From the NCBI GenBank assembly GCA_030704615.1, contig CM060733.1:62434001-62498000 (forward strand): a stretch of 64,000 nucleotides of DNA. Reading direction: 5' to 3'. A program made the position numbers and the translations under genes. The notes below the pieces were generated by a model. That model was given only the letters and a program-made list of their open reading frames with translations. It was not told the DNA's origin and made no database searches. How positions within the stretch are numbered: the stretch's first letter is position 1; each line of letters starts with the position of its first letter. Below, piece by piece: positions 11,991-25,829 of the stretch. Source of the DNA: Takakia lepidozioides. Lineage: Eukaryota > Plantae > Bryophyta.

Positions 11991-14900
11991 CACACCCCTA
12001 CCAACAGGGAGTCGATGTCTCATCGACTTGTCCATTTTTAGAAACGAACATCCAAGTTGTGGCGTCCCACATCAAGGAGTTTGTTTCAGTACCTTGGCGT
12101 CCCATGGCAAAGAACCAAACCCCACACTTGACTCTACTCTCCACTAGCTAGTTCGGCCGACTTCCTCCAAGTCCCGGCCGGGGTGGAACTCTCAAGCTCC
12201 TCCCAGTGCACTCTTCTTGGCTTCTTCAAGGTCAAGGAACGATCCTCCCCGAGGATCGAATCGCCTTACTGCAACAACATTGCTTGCGATCGCTCCTGAT
12301 GCCGCTTTTGGCATCACTTGCGCAAGGGTTCACCTCGAAACCCCCTTTGAATAGGAAGATAACTGTGAACCAACCGTGCGCCCCAATCACTAAATTGGGT
12401 CCGTCTTGGAATGCTGGCTGAGGTACGGGAACACGTCGAAGCCGCACTACGACTTCGTCCCGAGGCTACACGATTATAGTACGTGAACGGAAGCACATAG
12501 CTCCGCGTTAGCCCGCACTACAAAGCAACCACCTCGGTAGCGCAGTTATAGTACGCGCACGCGCCAGGTGCGCACTAGCAGTGAACTCCTAAAAGAAGGC
12601 GCATGTTTCCTTGCCCCTTGGATGGGAGTCACCCGATTTCGGCACTGCGCAAAACACGATTAACCCAATTTACCTCTCCCACTTTTGTAAGCTAGCTGCA
12701 TTCTACACACTAGCAACCACACCATGCATCACCATTCTAAACAAAATAGGACACACAACATTTGGAACCCATTTCCTTTATAAACAAATTTTTTGTACAA
12801 TACAAGTTTTTGCAATCGGATCCTGAGCTAGCTAAGCCGGGCTAAGCATGCATTTCCTCCCCCACGCTAAAGGTTGATGTCCCCATCAAAGCTTCTTCCG
12901 CTTTTGAGGTCGCCCTTCGAAAACTTGCAACAGCTTCGATGCGTTTCCCATTTCTGAGGCACGCACCCCAAGATGCCTCCACATGATGATAGCCCTTCCA
13001 TTTGACGAGATACTCCGTTCTCAGTTCTTGAACTCCTCGACTTAAGTACTGCCTCACCTCTACTCAGGTTCATTTTCATGATCCAACAGCACAGGTGGAC
13101 GGACGCAACACTTGATGCCGATTTGGACGCGCTTCATCTTGAAGTAAGGCTTCAAAAGGAGACGTGAAATACTGGATGCACCTTGTTTGCCGACAGCTCC
13201 AATTCATACACACCTCATTCATAACCTTCAGGATGCGAAAGGGGAACGCAATACGGAGAGTCACTTCCAGAGGTAGGCTTCCGATTCGCAGGCCTTTTCA
13301 TTACGTACATCGCTTTGTAATGTTGATATTTTGCGAGCTTCAACAAACGCTCGCGTTCTTCCAGTACCGCTGCCACTGCCGGTTCCTCAACGTCCTGGGC
13401 GGCCCAACTTGTCGGCACCAGAGGTGCTTTTCCATAGACCAATACGAAAGGGGAAACGCCCGTTGCGGAGTGTTCTGTGTTATTATAACAGAACTCTACC
13501 GCGTCTAAAGTGTTCCACCAGTCTGATTGGTCTGCCGACACGGTAATTCCGCAAGAAGATCTGCGTCAATACGGAATTACTCTTTCCGTTTGGCCGGCGG
13601 TGCGCATCTTCAGCCTCGTCCCCATCTCTTCCAAAGTGTCCTCCAAAATTTACTCGTAAACTGTGGATCGCGGTCCGAGACAATTCCTTGGGACTCTATG
13701 AGGTTTTAAGACGTCGGGGCAGAAGTAAAGTCGCCCTGTCTCTTGCGCCATTGCCGTCTCCTTGGTGGGGATGAAATGGCCCCATTTTACTGAACCTATA
13801 CACCCACCACATGATTGCATCGAATCCTTTTGACAGCCGGCATAGCAGTCATGAAATCATCGATACGCTTTCCCAAGTGCCGCTCTGGAATCGGCAAGGG
13901 TTGTAACAGCCCCGCTTGCTTTTGTACTCGCTCCGGTTTTGTGGCATGTGGTGCATGTCTTGACATACTCCTCTGCCTCCTCCCTCAGAAATACTCTTTT
14001 TCAAGAGTTGCCGCAGTGCGCTTGGCTCCGCCGTGGCCCGCAAGCGGGCTATCATGGCATTCTCTCAAGAGAAGATCTCTGATCCCTCCCTTCGGCACGT
14101 AGAGACCGATCTTTGCTTATACCGGAAGCAGTCCATTGCAAGTGGAGGAATTGCGATTTAACCCCCCTCCTCAAGTCCTGAGCATCCGGACGCTGCGCCA
14201 GCTCATCTTTCTGGCAAGCTTCCGGATCTTCCTTTGGAGCGCCGTCTCGGCCCCTGTACACCAACAGGAGCTGCTGCTTTCTACTTAAAGCATCGGCCAC
14301 CACATTGTCACGTCCCGGTTTGTATTGGATATCCATGTCAAACACCGCCAAAGTATCTTGCCACCTAAGTTGTTTTGGGGGACAACTTGGGCTGCGTGGC
14401 AAAATACTTCACCGTAAAATTATCGTGAACACCTTCACTGGGTTGGAACCAACATAGTGGCGCCCAAAGCTCAAGACAGGCACCCACGCCTTCATCTCTT
14501 TCGCCGTGCGTCGGCCACCGTCGCTCCAATTCGTTCAGTTTCTTACTTTCGTAAGCATTGGACGTCCATCTTGCATCAGTACACCCCACAATCGCAAATG
14601 TCCGACGCATCTGTATGAATTCAGAACGGACGATCGAACTCCGGGATTTTCAAGACTGGGCTTCCGCCACCCGCTGCTTACCATTCAGGAAAAAGATTGG
14701 CCACACAAGGTGTTCCATACCCAGACTTTGGATTTACACAGAAGGTCTAACGGCCCCACGATGTTGGCGAAAATTTCTCACATACTTCCGTAATAGGAGG
14801 CGGCGAGTCCTAGGAGGATCGCACTCCCCGGACCGAAGTCGGAGGCTCCCAGTCCAAGATCGCCCTCACATTTATGTCATCCATTTGATCCCATCCTGTT

Positions 14901-17429
14901 GGTAATCACAATGCCCAGGAAACTCCCTTTTGTGACACCGAATTGCACTTTGAAGCTTTGGCATACAGCTTCCTTCCCGCAATTTCTGGAACACCCTTTT
15001 GAGGTGATCCAGGTGCTCCTCCTTGTTTTGAATACACCAAGATTTGTCGTGATGTCACACGATCACAAAGTCCATCCAACCACTCCTGAAAAAGGCTGTT
15101 CATCAGCGTGCTAAAGGTCGCGGGCTGCATTGGTGAGCCCAAAAGGCATCACCAAGAACTCATATGAACCATACCTTGTCCTGCAAGCGGTCTTCTCCTC
15201 ATCTCCTTCCGCACCCGAATTTGGTGATAGCCGGAGCGCAAGTCGATCCGGCTGAAATGAAATACTTCGCTCCTGCCACCGATGCGAAGAGGTCGTCGTC
15301 GATCCTTGGCAAAGGTACCGGTTTTTGATAGTACCTTATTCAGAGCCTGTAATCGACACACTCCACAGCGTCCATCCTTCTTGTCTGCAAATAGCAACGG
15401 GGCTCCAGAAGGTGACTTACTCGGCCGGATGTACCCCTTGACATATAGATCTTGAAGCTGAGTCTTCAGCTCGACCAACTCCTGTGCGCTCAACCGGATA
15501 GGGCGCCTTGGCAGGAGGTTTCCGATCCCGTATCACCTCAATCGTTGTGGTCAACGCCTCTTTCCCGGTGGCAAGCCGCTTGGTAAATCCTCCGGCATCA
15601 CATCCTGGTATGTCTCCAAAATCCCTTGATCCAATCTGGGCTCGGCTCCCCATCGCCTTCCCTTTCACTTCTTAATGTAAAGCAAAAACTGGGGCTCATG
15701 TGCCTCCTCCCACGGCCCACTCCTTTGCTGACAGAAGGTTTATTCGCCCTCCAACGGATTTGGGCGTTTCCAACACTCGGAAGACCTCGCCACCATTCCC
15801 ACAATACGGCAGCGGACTACTCCCTTGCCGGCCACTATGACCGCTACCGGATTTTGCTCAAAAAAGGTCATCCCCAAAATGAGATCCACTCATAGAATCT
15901 CTCTCTGTAGATGGTGAAGTTCACACGTCTTCCCAAATCCCAAGTTGAAGAGGAACATCAACGCAACCTTGTCGCCAACTTGTGGTTCTCCTTTGGCAGA
16001 ACGCACCTCAATAGAGGCACCCAAGTCCTTGTAGGATCACAGATTTTGTTGCCGTTGCCGGTGTCATGAAGGAGTGCGACGCTCCTGTGTACACCAACAA
16101 TGACACGTAAGTTCCGGGATATTATCCCATCCACCGAACAATAACTGACTTCTTTACGTAAGGCCGCGTTTCCGGATCGAGTTCACAAGAAATTGCCTAC
16201 CTTGCAAGGCATGGCCTGGCGACAAACCGCTGCCACAAAGCGACTGATGGTATCTTCCGAAAGCTCTGTGGTCGCCAGAGTCATGTTCAATTGCCAGGGG
16301 CTTCGTGCAATTCTGGCCATGTGCCGGGCCCCCGCAACTGAAACCACACTCCATCAAAGGTCGCCTTCTGTCAGCCATAGGCCGCTCCACACCGCTTCTT
16401 TTTGAAGCACCGGGTGCAGCCTGACTTGTGAAGGTCCTCCCTTCGATTTCCACGTGCCATTGTTGCAGCGTGGCCTATCCCACTTCTTTTCGATCGGAAG
16501 GCGCACATTCCCCCCGGGTCTTCTTGTGTAAGCCGTACCGGCCTTGTCTTTCACCCTAGGGAAATCGAGGAGAAACATTCAGCCCTCTCAATGCCTCGTT
16601 CAAAGGGGTTTAGTGGCTTCTCCTCAACTTCCGCCTAGGCCATGGGGCCAAGTCCCGCACAAAGTTGAAGACCATTTCTGGTTCTGCCATGTCCGCGCTC
16701 CGAGCAACAGCACATTGAAAGCCTGGACATATCCCTGAATGTCATAGGTTTGCTTCAAATTCCTCATCTTGTCCCGGGCAAACCAGCACGCGTTGAGGGG
16801 CACAAACTGCCTTTTCATCAATTCCTTGAACCCACTCCAATTCAAGGTTTCCGGGCTTGGACTTCGGTGCGTGAAGGCGTTTCTGCCCAACCATTGTTGA
16901 GCATAGCCCCTCTCAAATAGGTGGGAGCCACTTCAACCGGTCCTCGTAACTCAATTTGGGCCGACGGAAGTACTGCTCTAGATCCAGGAGCCAGGTGTGA
17001 GTGCCTTCCGTTTTCGGACGCCCTCGAAGGTGAAGGGGGGGTTCCTTAGGCTTCACCTTAAATTTGCCTTAGTGGAAAGGGGCATTAGCCGACGGAAAAA
17101 CAGGCGGGCAACGTGTGCCCGCCAAATTGCGCCAACAAACCCTTCCCAAAGAGGCTGGGGCATGGGAGGCATCTGTTGGTCGGTCGGAGCTATCAGGGAT
17201 TCCTCGGGCCCGACTCCTCAGATTCTCTACCGCTATTGAGCGGAAACTGTTTTCGGAGACATGCATAGCCTTCCTAAAACGACCGCCTCGGTGAAAGTCG
17301 ACCACATCGGGCTCCAGGAGGATCATAATATTTTGGGCAGTTTCGCTTTCGCTTACGGAATTCCCCGACCCCATGATGAGGCCAATCCCATAGGACGATC
17401 GCGTACTGAACTCTAAGCTCTGATACAAG

Positions 17430-18156
17430 TGTCGCGCACCCACTTCGGTAAGCTCCCCTTCAAGTCATAGTTGCTAGCTTGTTGCGCGCGCCTAAATACC
17501 AACATGGAGTCGGAACCAACTTGGAGCTCGAGGGCTCACGGGGAAATAACGGTCCCCCTTTGAACTACACAAAGAACCCTCCACCGATTTGGAACCAGCG
17601 GGAATTCCCTTGGTAGTTTGGAATGTCGGAAAAGATCCCCACTCTTTGGTCGCTTTCCGGCTCGCTCGCTTACTGACTAGCTTTTGGTCCACCAACGGCT
17701 TGCACCGTTCTCGGGGTTACACTCCCTATATATATTCTGTAGCTGTCAGCGGGGGTTCACAAGCCAGCAATGCATTTTAGCAAACCAACACGAAAACCCT
17801 CGACTCCCCGGATGAGTCGCGGTGAGTCTTGGCCCACTCACCACGGCCCCTATGGACCGTGATGAGTCCCAAGACTCCCCACGACTCACAACCACGAGGC
17901 TCTCCCCCCCAAGGTGAGTCCTGTGCCACACCCACTAAGTCCCGCTAAGCTACCACCACCCCTTGGAGCCACCCCCACCGCAACCCGGTGTGCGGGGCTC
18001 ACATAGTGAGCGCCTCCGCCTCCTTGAGTGCCTTTTTTTGGGCAATCAAGGGTGCTTCAGCCCCCATACCCTATCGCTGACTGCTGCCCCCAACACAGAG
18101 GCATGGGGTTTACCTCATGTCTCGACCCCCTGCCCCTCAAGCAAAGGGCCGAGACA
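17430..18156 (-). repeat. LTR shared by copies A (as 5' LTR) and B (as 3' LTR)
   Basis: Flanked on one side by the PBS/gag of A and on the other by the PPT/3' region of B. Confidence 0.9.
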
Positions 18157-21100
18157 AACACCCCTACAACAGGGAGTCGATGTCCTCATCGACTTCGTCC
18201 ATTTGTAGAAACGAACATCCAAGTTGTGGACGTCCCACATCAAGGAGTTTGTTTCAGCACCATGGCGTCCAATGGCAAAGAACCAAAACCCCACACTTGA
18301 CTCTACTCTCCACTAGCTAGTTCAGCCGACTTCCTCCAAGTCCCGGCCAAGGGTGGAGCCTCTCCACCTCCTCCCAGTGCACTCTTTTTGGCCTACTTCA
18401 AGGCCAAGGAACGATCCTCCCCGAGGATCGAATCGCCTTACTGAAAAAACATTGCTTGCGACCGCTCATGATGCCGCTTTTGGCATCACCTGGAACCCTC
18501 TTTGACTAGGAAGATAACTTTGAACCAACCGTGCGCCCCAATCACTACAATTGGGTCCACCTTGGAATGCTGGCTTGAGGTACGGGAACACGCCGAAGCC
18601 GCACTACGACTTCGTCCCGAGGCTACACGATTATAGTACGTGAACGGAAGCACGTGGCTTCCCAAAGAAGGCGCAAGTTTCCTTGCCCCTCGGATGGGGG
18701 TCACCCGATTTTGGCACTACACAAACACACGATTAACCCAATTTACCTCTCCCACTTTTATAAGCTAGCATGCATTCTACACACTAGCCAACCATACCAT
18801 GCATCACCATTCCAAACAAAATAGGACGCACAACATTTGGAATCCGTTTCATTTATAGCACGTTTTGTACAATACAAGTTTTTGCAATCGGATTCCTAAG
18901 CTAGCTAAGCCGGGCTAAGCATGCATTTCCTCCCCCACGCTCCAAGGTTGATGTCCCCATCAACGCTTCTTCCGCTTTTGAGGTCGCCCTTCGAAAGCTG
19001 CGACCGCCTCGGATGCGTTTCCCATTTCTGAGGCACGCACCCAAGATGCCTCCATATAAGATAGCCCTTCCATTTGACTATCTCATCCATTTCTCGGTTC
19101 TTGACCACTCCTTGACGTAATATGGCCTCCACCACCCTCGTACTCAGTTCCTTTACATGATCCACAGCATCGGTGGCTGAAGACGCAACACTTGATGCCG
19201 ATTCGGACGCGCTTCATCTTTGAAGTAGGACTGCAAAGGGAGACATGGAAACTACTGGGTGCACCTTGCTGTTTGCCGGGCAGCTCCAATTCATACACTC
19301 CTCAATTATAACCTTCCGAATGCGAAAAAGGGTCCCACATACGGAGGTACGAACCTTCGGACTCACTTCCGGAGGTAGTCGAAATTTTGATGTTCAACGA
19401 GACCTCCGTGCCGTCTCAAACTTCACTCCTCCGCTTCCGATTCGCCTGCCTTTTATACCGTTTCCTAGCTTTGGCAATGTTGTACTTTGCGAGCTTCAAC
19501 AAACGCTCGCGTTCTTCCTGTACGGCCGCTACTGCGGTTCCTCAACGTCCTGGGCGGCCCAACTTGTCGGCACCAGAGGTGCTTTTCCATAGACCAATAC
19601 GAAAGGGGAAACTCCCGTTGTGGAGTGTTCTGTGTTATTATAACAGAACTCTGCCGCGTCTAAGTGTTCCACTCAGTCTGTTTGGTCTACCGACACGTAA
19701 TTCCGCAAGATCTGGTTCACTACGAATTCACCCTTTCTGTTTGGCCGTCGGTCGTAGGTCGGAAGGCGTGCTCATCTTCAGCCTCGTCCCCATCTTCTTC
19801 CAAAGTGCTCTCCAGAATTTACTCGTAAACTTTGGATCGCGGTCCGAGACAATATCCTTTACGTGGGTGAAGTAAAGTCGCCATGTCTCCTGCGCCGTTG
19901 CCGTCTCCTTGGTGGGGATGAAATGGCCCATTTTACTGAACCTATCGACCACCACCATGATTGCATCAAATCCTTTTGACAGCGGCATAGCAGTCATGAA
20001 ATCCATCGAGACGCTTTCCCAAGTCCCCTCTGGAATCGGCAAGGGTTTTAACAGCCCCGCTTGCTTTTTGTACTCGCTCCGGTTTTGTTGGCATGTGGTG
20101 CATGTCTTGACATACTCCTCTGCCTCTCCCTCAGTTTGGGCCAGAAATACTCTTTCTTCAAGAGTGCCGCAGTGCGCTTGGATCCGTCGTGGCCCGCAAG
20201 CGGGCTATCATGGCATTCTCTCAAGAGGCTATCTCTGATCCCTCCCTTCGGCACGTAGAGACGTTTTTGCTTATACCGGAGCAGTCCATTTTGCAAGTGG
20301 AACTACGATTTAACCCCCATCCTCAAGTCCTGCATCACGGACTTCGCCAGCTCATCCTTCCGGCAAGCCTTCGGATCTTCTTTGGAGCGTCGTCTCGCCT
20401 TGTACACCAACAAGAGCTGCTGCTTTCTACTTAAAGCATCGGCCACACGTTGTCTCGTCCCGGTTTGTACTGGATATCCACGTCGAACACTGCCAAAGTA
20501 TTGCCACCTAAGTTGTTTTGGGGACAACTTGGGCTGCGTGGCAAAATACTTCACCATGACATTGTCCGTGAACACCTTCACTGGGTTGGAACCAACATAG
20601 TGGCGCCAAAGCTCAAGACAGTGCACCACCGCCTTCATCTCTTTCTCGTGCGTCGGCCACCGTCGCTCCACTTCATTCAGTTTCTTACTTTCGTAAGCCA
20701 CTGGACGTCCATCTTGCATCAGCACACCACCAATCGCGAAGTCCGACGCATCTGTATGTATCTCAAACGGACGATCGAACTCCGGGATTTTCAAGACAAG
20801 AGCTTCCGCCATCCGCTGCTTCAATTCAGCAAAAGCTTGGCCACAAAAGGTGTTCCAAGCCCAGACTTTAGATTTACACAGAAGGTCAGACAGCGGCCCC
20901 GCAATCTTGGCGAGATTTCTCACATACTTCCAGTAATAGGAGGCGAGTCCTAGGAAGGATCGCACTCCCCGGACCGAAGTCGGAGGCTCCCAGTCCAAGA
21001 TTGCCCTCACCTTCCTGTCATCCATTCTGATCCCATCCTGTGTAATCACATGCCCCAGGAACTCCACTTTTGTGACCCCAAATTCGCACTTTGAAACTTT

Positions 21101-24100
21101 GGCATACAGCTTCCCTTCCCGCAATTTCTGGAACACCCTTTTGAGGTGCTCCAGGTGCTCCTCCTTTGTTTTCGAGTACACCAAGATGTCGTCGATGTAC
21201 ACGATCACAAAGTCATCCAACCACTCCTGGAAAAGGTTGTTCATCAGCGTGCTAAAGGTCGCAGGTGCATTGGTGAGCCCAAAAGGCATCACCAAGAACT
21301 CATATGAACCATACCTTGTCCTACACGCGATCTTCTCCTCATCTCCTTCCGCCACCCGAATTTGGTGATAGCCGGAGCGCAAGTCGATCCGGCTGAAATA
21401 CTTCGCTCCTGCCAACCGATCGAAGAGGTCGTCGATCCTGGCAAAGGGTACCGGTTTTTATAGTCACCTTATTCAGAGCCCTGTAATCGACACACATCCA
21501 CAGCGTCCCATCCTTCTTGTCTGCAAATAGCACCGGGGCTCCGTAAGGTGACTTACTCGGCCGGATGTACCCCTTTGACATTAGATCCTTGAGCTGAGTC
21601 TTCAGCTCGACCAACTCCCTATGGCTCAACCGGTAGGGCGCCTTGGCAGGCGGTTCCGATCCCGGTATCACCTCAATCTTGTGGTCAACTCCTCTTCGCG
21701 GTGGCAAGCCGCTTGGTAAATCCTCCGGCATCACATCCTGGTATTTCTCCAAAATCCCCTTGATCCAATCTGGGCTCGGCTCCCCATCGCCTTCTCCTTT
21801 CACTTCTCTAATGTAAAGCAAAAAACTGGGGCTCGTGTGCCTCCTCCACGGCCCCACTCCTTTGATGACAGAAGGTTTATTCGCCCTCCCACGGATTTGG
21901 GCGTTTCCGACACTCGTAAGACCTCGCCACCATTCCCACATGGCAGCGTGACTACTCCCTTGCGGCCATCTATGACCGCTCCGGATTTGCTCAAAAAGGT
22001 CATCCCCAAAATGAGATCCACTCCATCAATCTCGTAGATGGTGAAGTTCACACGTCCTTCCCAACTCCCCAGTTGAAGAGGAACATCAAACGCCAACCTT
22101 GTCGCCAACTGTGGTTCTCCTTTGGCAGAACGCACCTCAATAGAGGCCCCCACGTCACTTGTCGGAGTCCCAACTTTCGCGCCGTCGCCAGCGTCATGAA
22201 GGAGTGCGACGCTCCTGTGTCCACCAACAACGACACGTTAGTTCCGGATATTATCCCATCCACGAACAATAACTGACTCCCTTTACGCAGGGCGCCAGTT
22301 TCCTGATACAACTCACAAGAATAGTTGCCTACCTTGCAAGTCCTGGGAACCACCGCTTCCACCAAGCGACTGATGGTATCTTCCGACAGCTCTGTGGTTG
22401 CCCGAGTCATGTTCAATTGACGAGGTTTTGTGCACTTCTTGGCCATGTGCCCGGGCTCCCCGCAATTGAAACACACTCCATCAAAGGTCGCCTTCTGTCC
22501 GCCATAAGCCACTCCACCCGCTTTTCCTTTCGAAGCACCGGGTGCCGCCTTGACGTGTGAAGGTCCTCCCTTCGATTTCCACGTGCCATTGTCGCCGCGT
22601 GGCCTATCCCACTTCTTTTCCGGTCGGATGGAGTCACCTTCCCGCCGGGTCTTCTTGTGGTTCAGCTCCGTACGGCCTTGTCTCTCACCCTTAGGGACAT
22701 CCGAGAAACATTCAGCCCTCTCAATTGCCTCGTTCAAAGTCTTGGGTGGCTTCTCCTCCAACTTCCGCCTGGCCCATGGGGCCAGCCCCGCCACAAAGTT
22801 GAAGACCATTTCTGGTTCTGCCACGTCCGCGACGTCGAGCAACAACACATTGAAAGCCTGGACATATCCCCGAATGTCATCTGTTTGCTTCAAATTCCTC
22901 ATCTTGTCCCGGGCAAGCCAGCACGCGTTGAGGGGCACAAACTGCCTTTTCATCAATTCCTTGAACCCACTCCAATTCAAGGTTTCCGGGCAACCGATCG
23001 AAGAGGTCGTCGATCCTTGGCAAAGGGTACCGGTTTTTGATAGTCACCTTATTCAGAGCCCTGTAATCGACACACATCCGCAGCGTCCCATCCTTCTTGT
23101 CTGCGAATAGCACCGGGGCTCCGTAAGGTGACTTACTCGGCCGGATGTACCCCTTTGACATTAGATCTTTGAGCTAAGTCTTCAGCTCGACCAACTCTCT
23201 GTGGCTCAACCGGTAGGGCGCCTTGGCAGGCGGTCCCGATCCCGGTATCATCTCAATCTTGTGGTCAACTCCTCTTTGCGGTGGCAAGCCGCTTGGTAAA
23301 TCCTCTGGCATCACATCCTGGTATCTCTCCAAAATCCCCTTGATCCAATCTGGGCTCGGCTCCTCATCGCCTTCTCCCTTCACTTCTCTAATGTAAAGCA
23401 AAAACTGGGGCTCATGTGCCTCCTCCTCGGCCCACTCCCTTGCTGACATAAGGTTTATTCGCCCTCCCACGGGTTTGGGCATTTCCAATACTCGTAAGAC
23501 TTTGCCACCATCCCCACATGGTAGCGTGACTACTCTTTGCGGCCATCTATGACCGCTCCGGATTTGCTCAAAAAGGTTATCCCCAAAATGAGATCCACTC
23601 CATCGATCTCGCAAATGGTGAAGTTCTCACGTCCTTCCCACTCCCCAGTTGAAGAGGGACATCGAACGCCAACCTCGTCGCCAATTGTGGTTCTCCTTTG
23701 GCAGAACGCACCTCAATAGAGGCCCCCACGTCACTTGTCGGGAGTCCCAGCTTTTGTGCCGTTGCCGGTGTCATGAAGGAGTGCGACGCTCCTGTGTCCA
23801 CCAACAATGACACGTTAGTTCCGGATATTATCCCATCCACGAACAATAACTGACTTCCTTTACGTAAGGCGCCAGTTTCCTGATAGACTTCACAAGAAAA
23901 TTTGCCTACCTTGCAAGTCCTGGCGACCACCGCTTCCACCAAGCGACTGATGGTATCTTCCGACAGCTCTGTGGTCGCCCGAGTCATGTTCAATTGCCGG
24001 GGCTTCGTGCACTTCTTGGCCATGTGCCCGGGCTCCCCGCAATTGAAACACACTCCATCAAAGGTCGCCTTCTGTCCGCCATAGCCGCTCCACCTGCTTT

Positions 24101-25829
24101 TCTTTTGAAGCACCGGGTGCCGCCTTGATGTGAAGGTCCTCCCTTCGATTTCCACGTGCCATTGTCGTCGCGTGGCCTATCCCACTTCTTTTCCGTCGGA
24201 AGGCGTCACCTTCCCGCCGGGTCTTCTTGTGGTTCAGCTCCGTACGGCCTTGTCTTTCACCCCTAGGGACATCCGAGAAACATTCAGCCCTCTCAATTGC
24301 CTCGTTCAAAGTCTTAGGTGGCTTCTCCTCCAACTTCCGCCTAGCCCATGGGGCCAGTCCGCCACAAAGTTGAAGACCATTTCTGGTTCTGCCATGTCCG
24401 CGACTTCGAGCAACACACATTGAAAGCCTGGATATCCCCGAATGTCATCTGTTTGCTTCAAATTCCTCATCTTGTCCCGGGCAAGCCAGGACGCGTTGAG
24501 GGGCACAAACTGTCTTTTCATCAATTCCTTGAACCCACTCCAGTTCAAGGTTTCCGGGCTTGGACTCGGTCGTGAAGGCGTTTCTGCCACCATTGTTGAG
24601 CATAGCCCCTCAAATAGGTGGGAGCCACTTCCACCCGTCCTCGTCACTCAATTTGGCCGCCCGGAAGTACTGCTCTAGCTCCAGGAGCCAGGTGTTGAGT
24701 GCCTTCCGATTTCGGACGCCCTCGAAGGTGCCGGGTTCCTTAGGCTTCACCTTAAACTTTGCCTTAGTGGAAGTGGCATTAGCCGCCTTCAACACGTCTT
24801 TCAACGTCCCGCCAAACTGCGCCAACAACCCTTCCAAAAGGCTGCCGGCATGGGAGGCATCTCTTGGTTTGTCGGAGCTCTCAAGGATTCCTCGGGCTCC
24901 GACTCCTCGGATTCCTCCCGCTCTTGAGCGGCCTCGTTTTCGGAAACATTCATCGCTTCTCAAACGGCCGCCTCGGTGACACGTCGCCCCCATCGGGCTC
25001 ACCAGGATCATCATCTTTTGGGCCGTTCCGCTTTCGCTTTGGCTTGCCCGACCCCATGATGAGGCCAATCCCAAGGACGATCGGTACTGAACTCTAAGCT
25101 CTGATACCAAGTGTCGCGCACCTCACTTCGGTAAGCCCCCCTCAAGTCATAGTTACTGCTTGATGCGCGCGCCTAACTCCCAACCTGGCCGCCGGACCAA
25201 CTTGGAGCTTCGGCTGCTCACCGGGACATAACGGTCCCCCTTGATTCCCAAAACCCTCCAACGATTTAGAACCAGTGGAATTCCCTTTGGTAGTTGGCAG
25301 TCCGGAACAGCTCCCCACTCTTTGGTCGCTTTCCGGCTCGCTCGCTTACTCACTAGTTTTTGGTCACCAACGGGCTTGCACCGTTCTCGGGTTACTACTC
25401 CCCTATATATACTTCTGTAGCTGTCCGCGGGGGTTTCATAACCAGCCATGCCATTTTATGGCGAACCACCACGAAAACCCTCGACTCCCGGTGATGAGTC
25501 GCGGTGAGTCTTGGCCCACTCACCACGGCCCCTATGGACCGTGATGAGTCCCAAGACTCCCCACGACTCCCACCACGAGGTCTCCGCCCCCATGGTGAGT
25601 CCTATGCCACCCCACTAAGTCCCGCTAAGCTACCACCACCCCTTGTGGACCCACCGCCACCGCAACCCGGTGTGCGGGGCTCCACCTAGTGAGCGCCTCT
25701 GCCTCCTTGAGTGCCTTGGGCACTCAAGGGTGCTTCAGCCCCCCATACCTATCGCTGCCGATGCCCCCACCACAGGGGCAGCTCCTCATGTGTCCCGACC
25801 CCCTGCCCTCAAGGCAAAGGGCCGCGACA
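17430..25829 (-). mobile_element. Ty3/Gypsy chromovirus-type LTR retrotransposon, copy B, with an internal tandem duplication of gag-protease-RT N-terminus (about 1.57 kb)
   Basis: 5' LTR 25112-25829, PBS TGGTATCAGAGC 25098-25109. ORF pieces: gag CFNCGEPGHMAKKC, protease LVDTGASHSF, RT YIDD with RNase H TDAS (20303-21415), integrase WESVSMDF. The junction at 22990/22991 joins RT (DDLFDRL) back to gag (PETLNWSG). Confidence 0.92.

Larger units (their letters stand above)
11268..18156 (-). mobile_element. Ty3/Gypsy chromovirus-type LTR retrotransposon, copy A (full domain set, heavily frameshifted)
   Basis: 3' LTR 11268-11990 and 5' LTR 17430-18156, with TGTCGCG...CGCGACA-type termini. Purine tract next to 11991; damaged Met-tRNA PBS near 17417-17428. 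Fragments of gag, protease, RT ([14 protein letters not shown]), RNase H, integrase and chromodomain (EYLVKWKGY) occur in Gypsy order. Confidence 0.92.
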
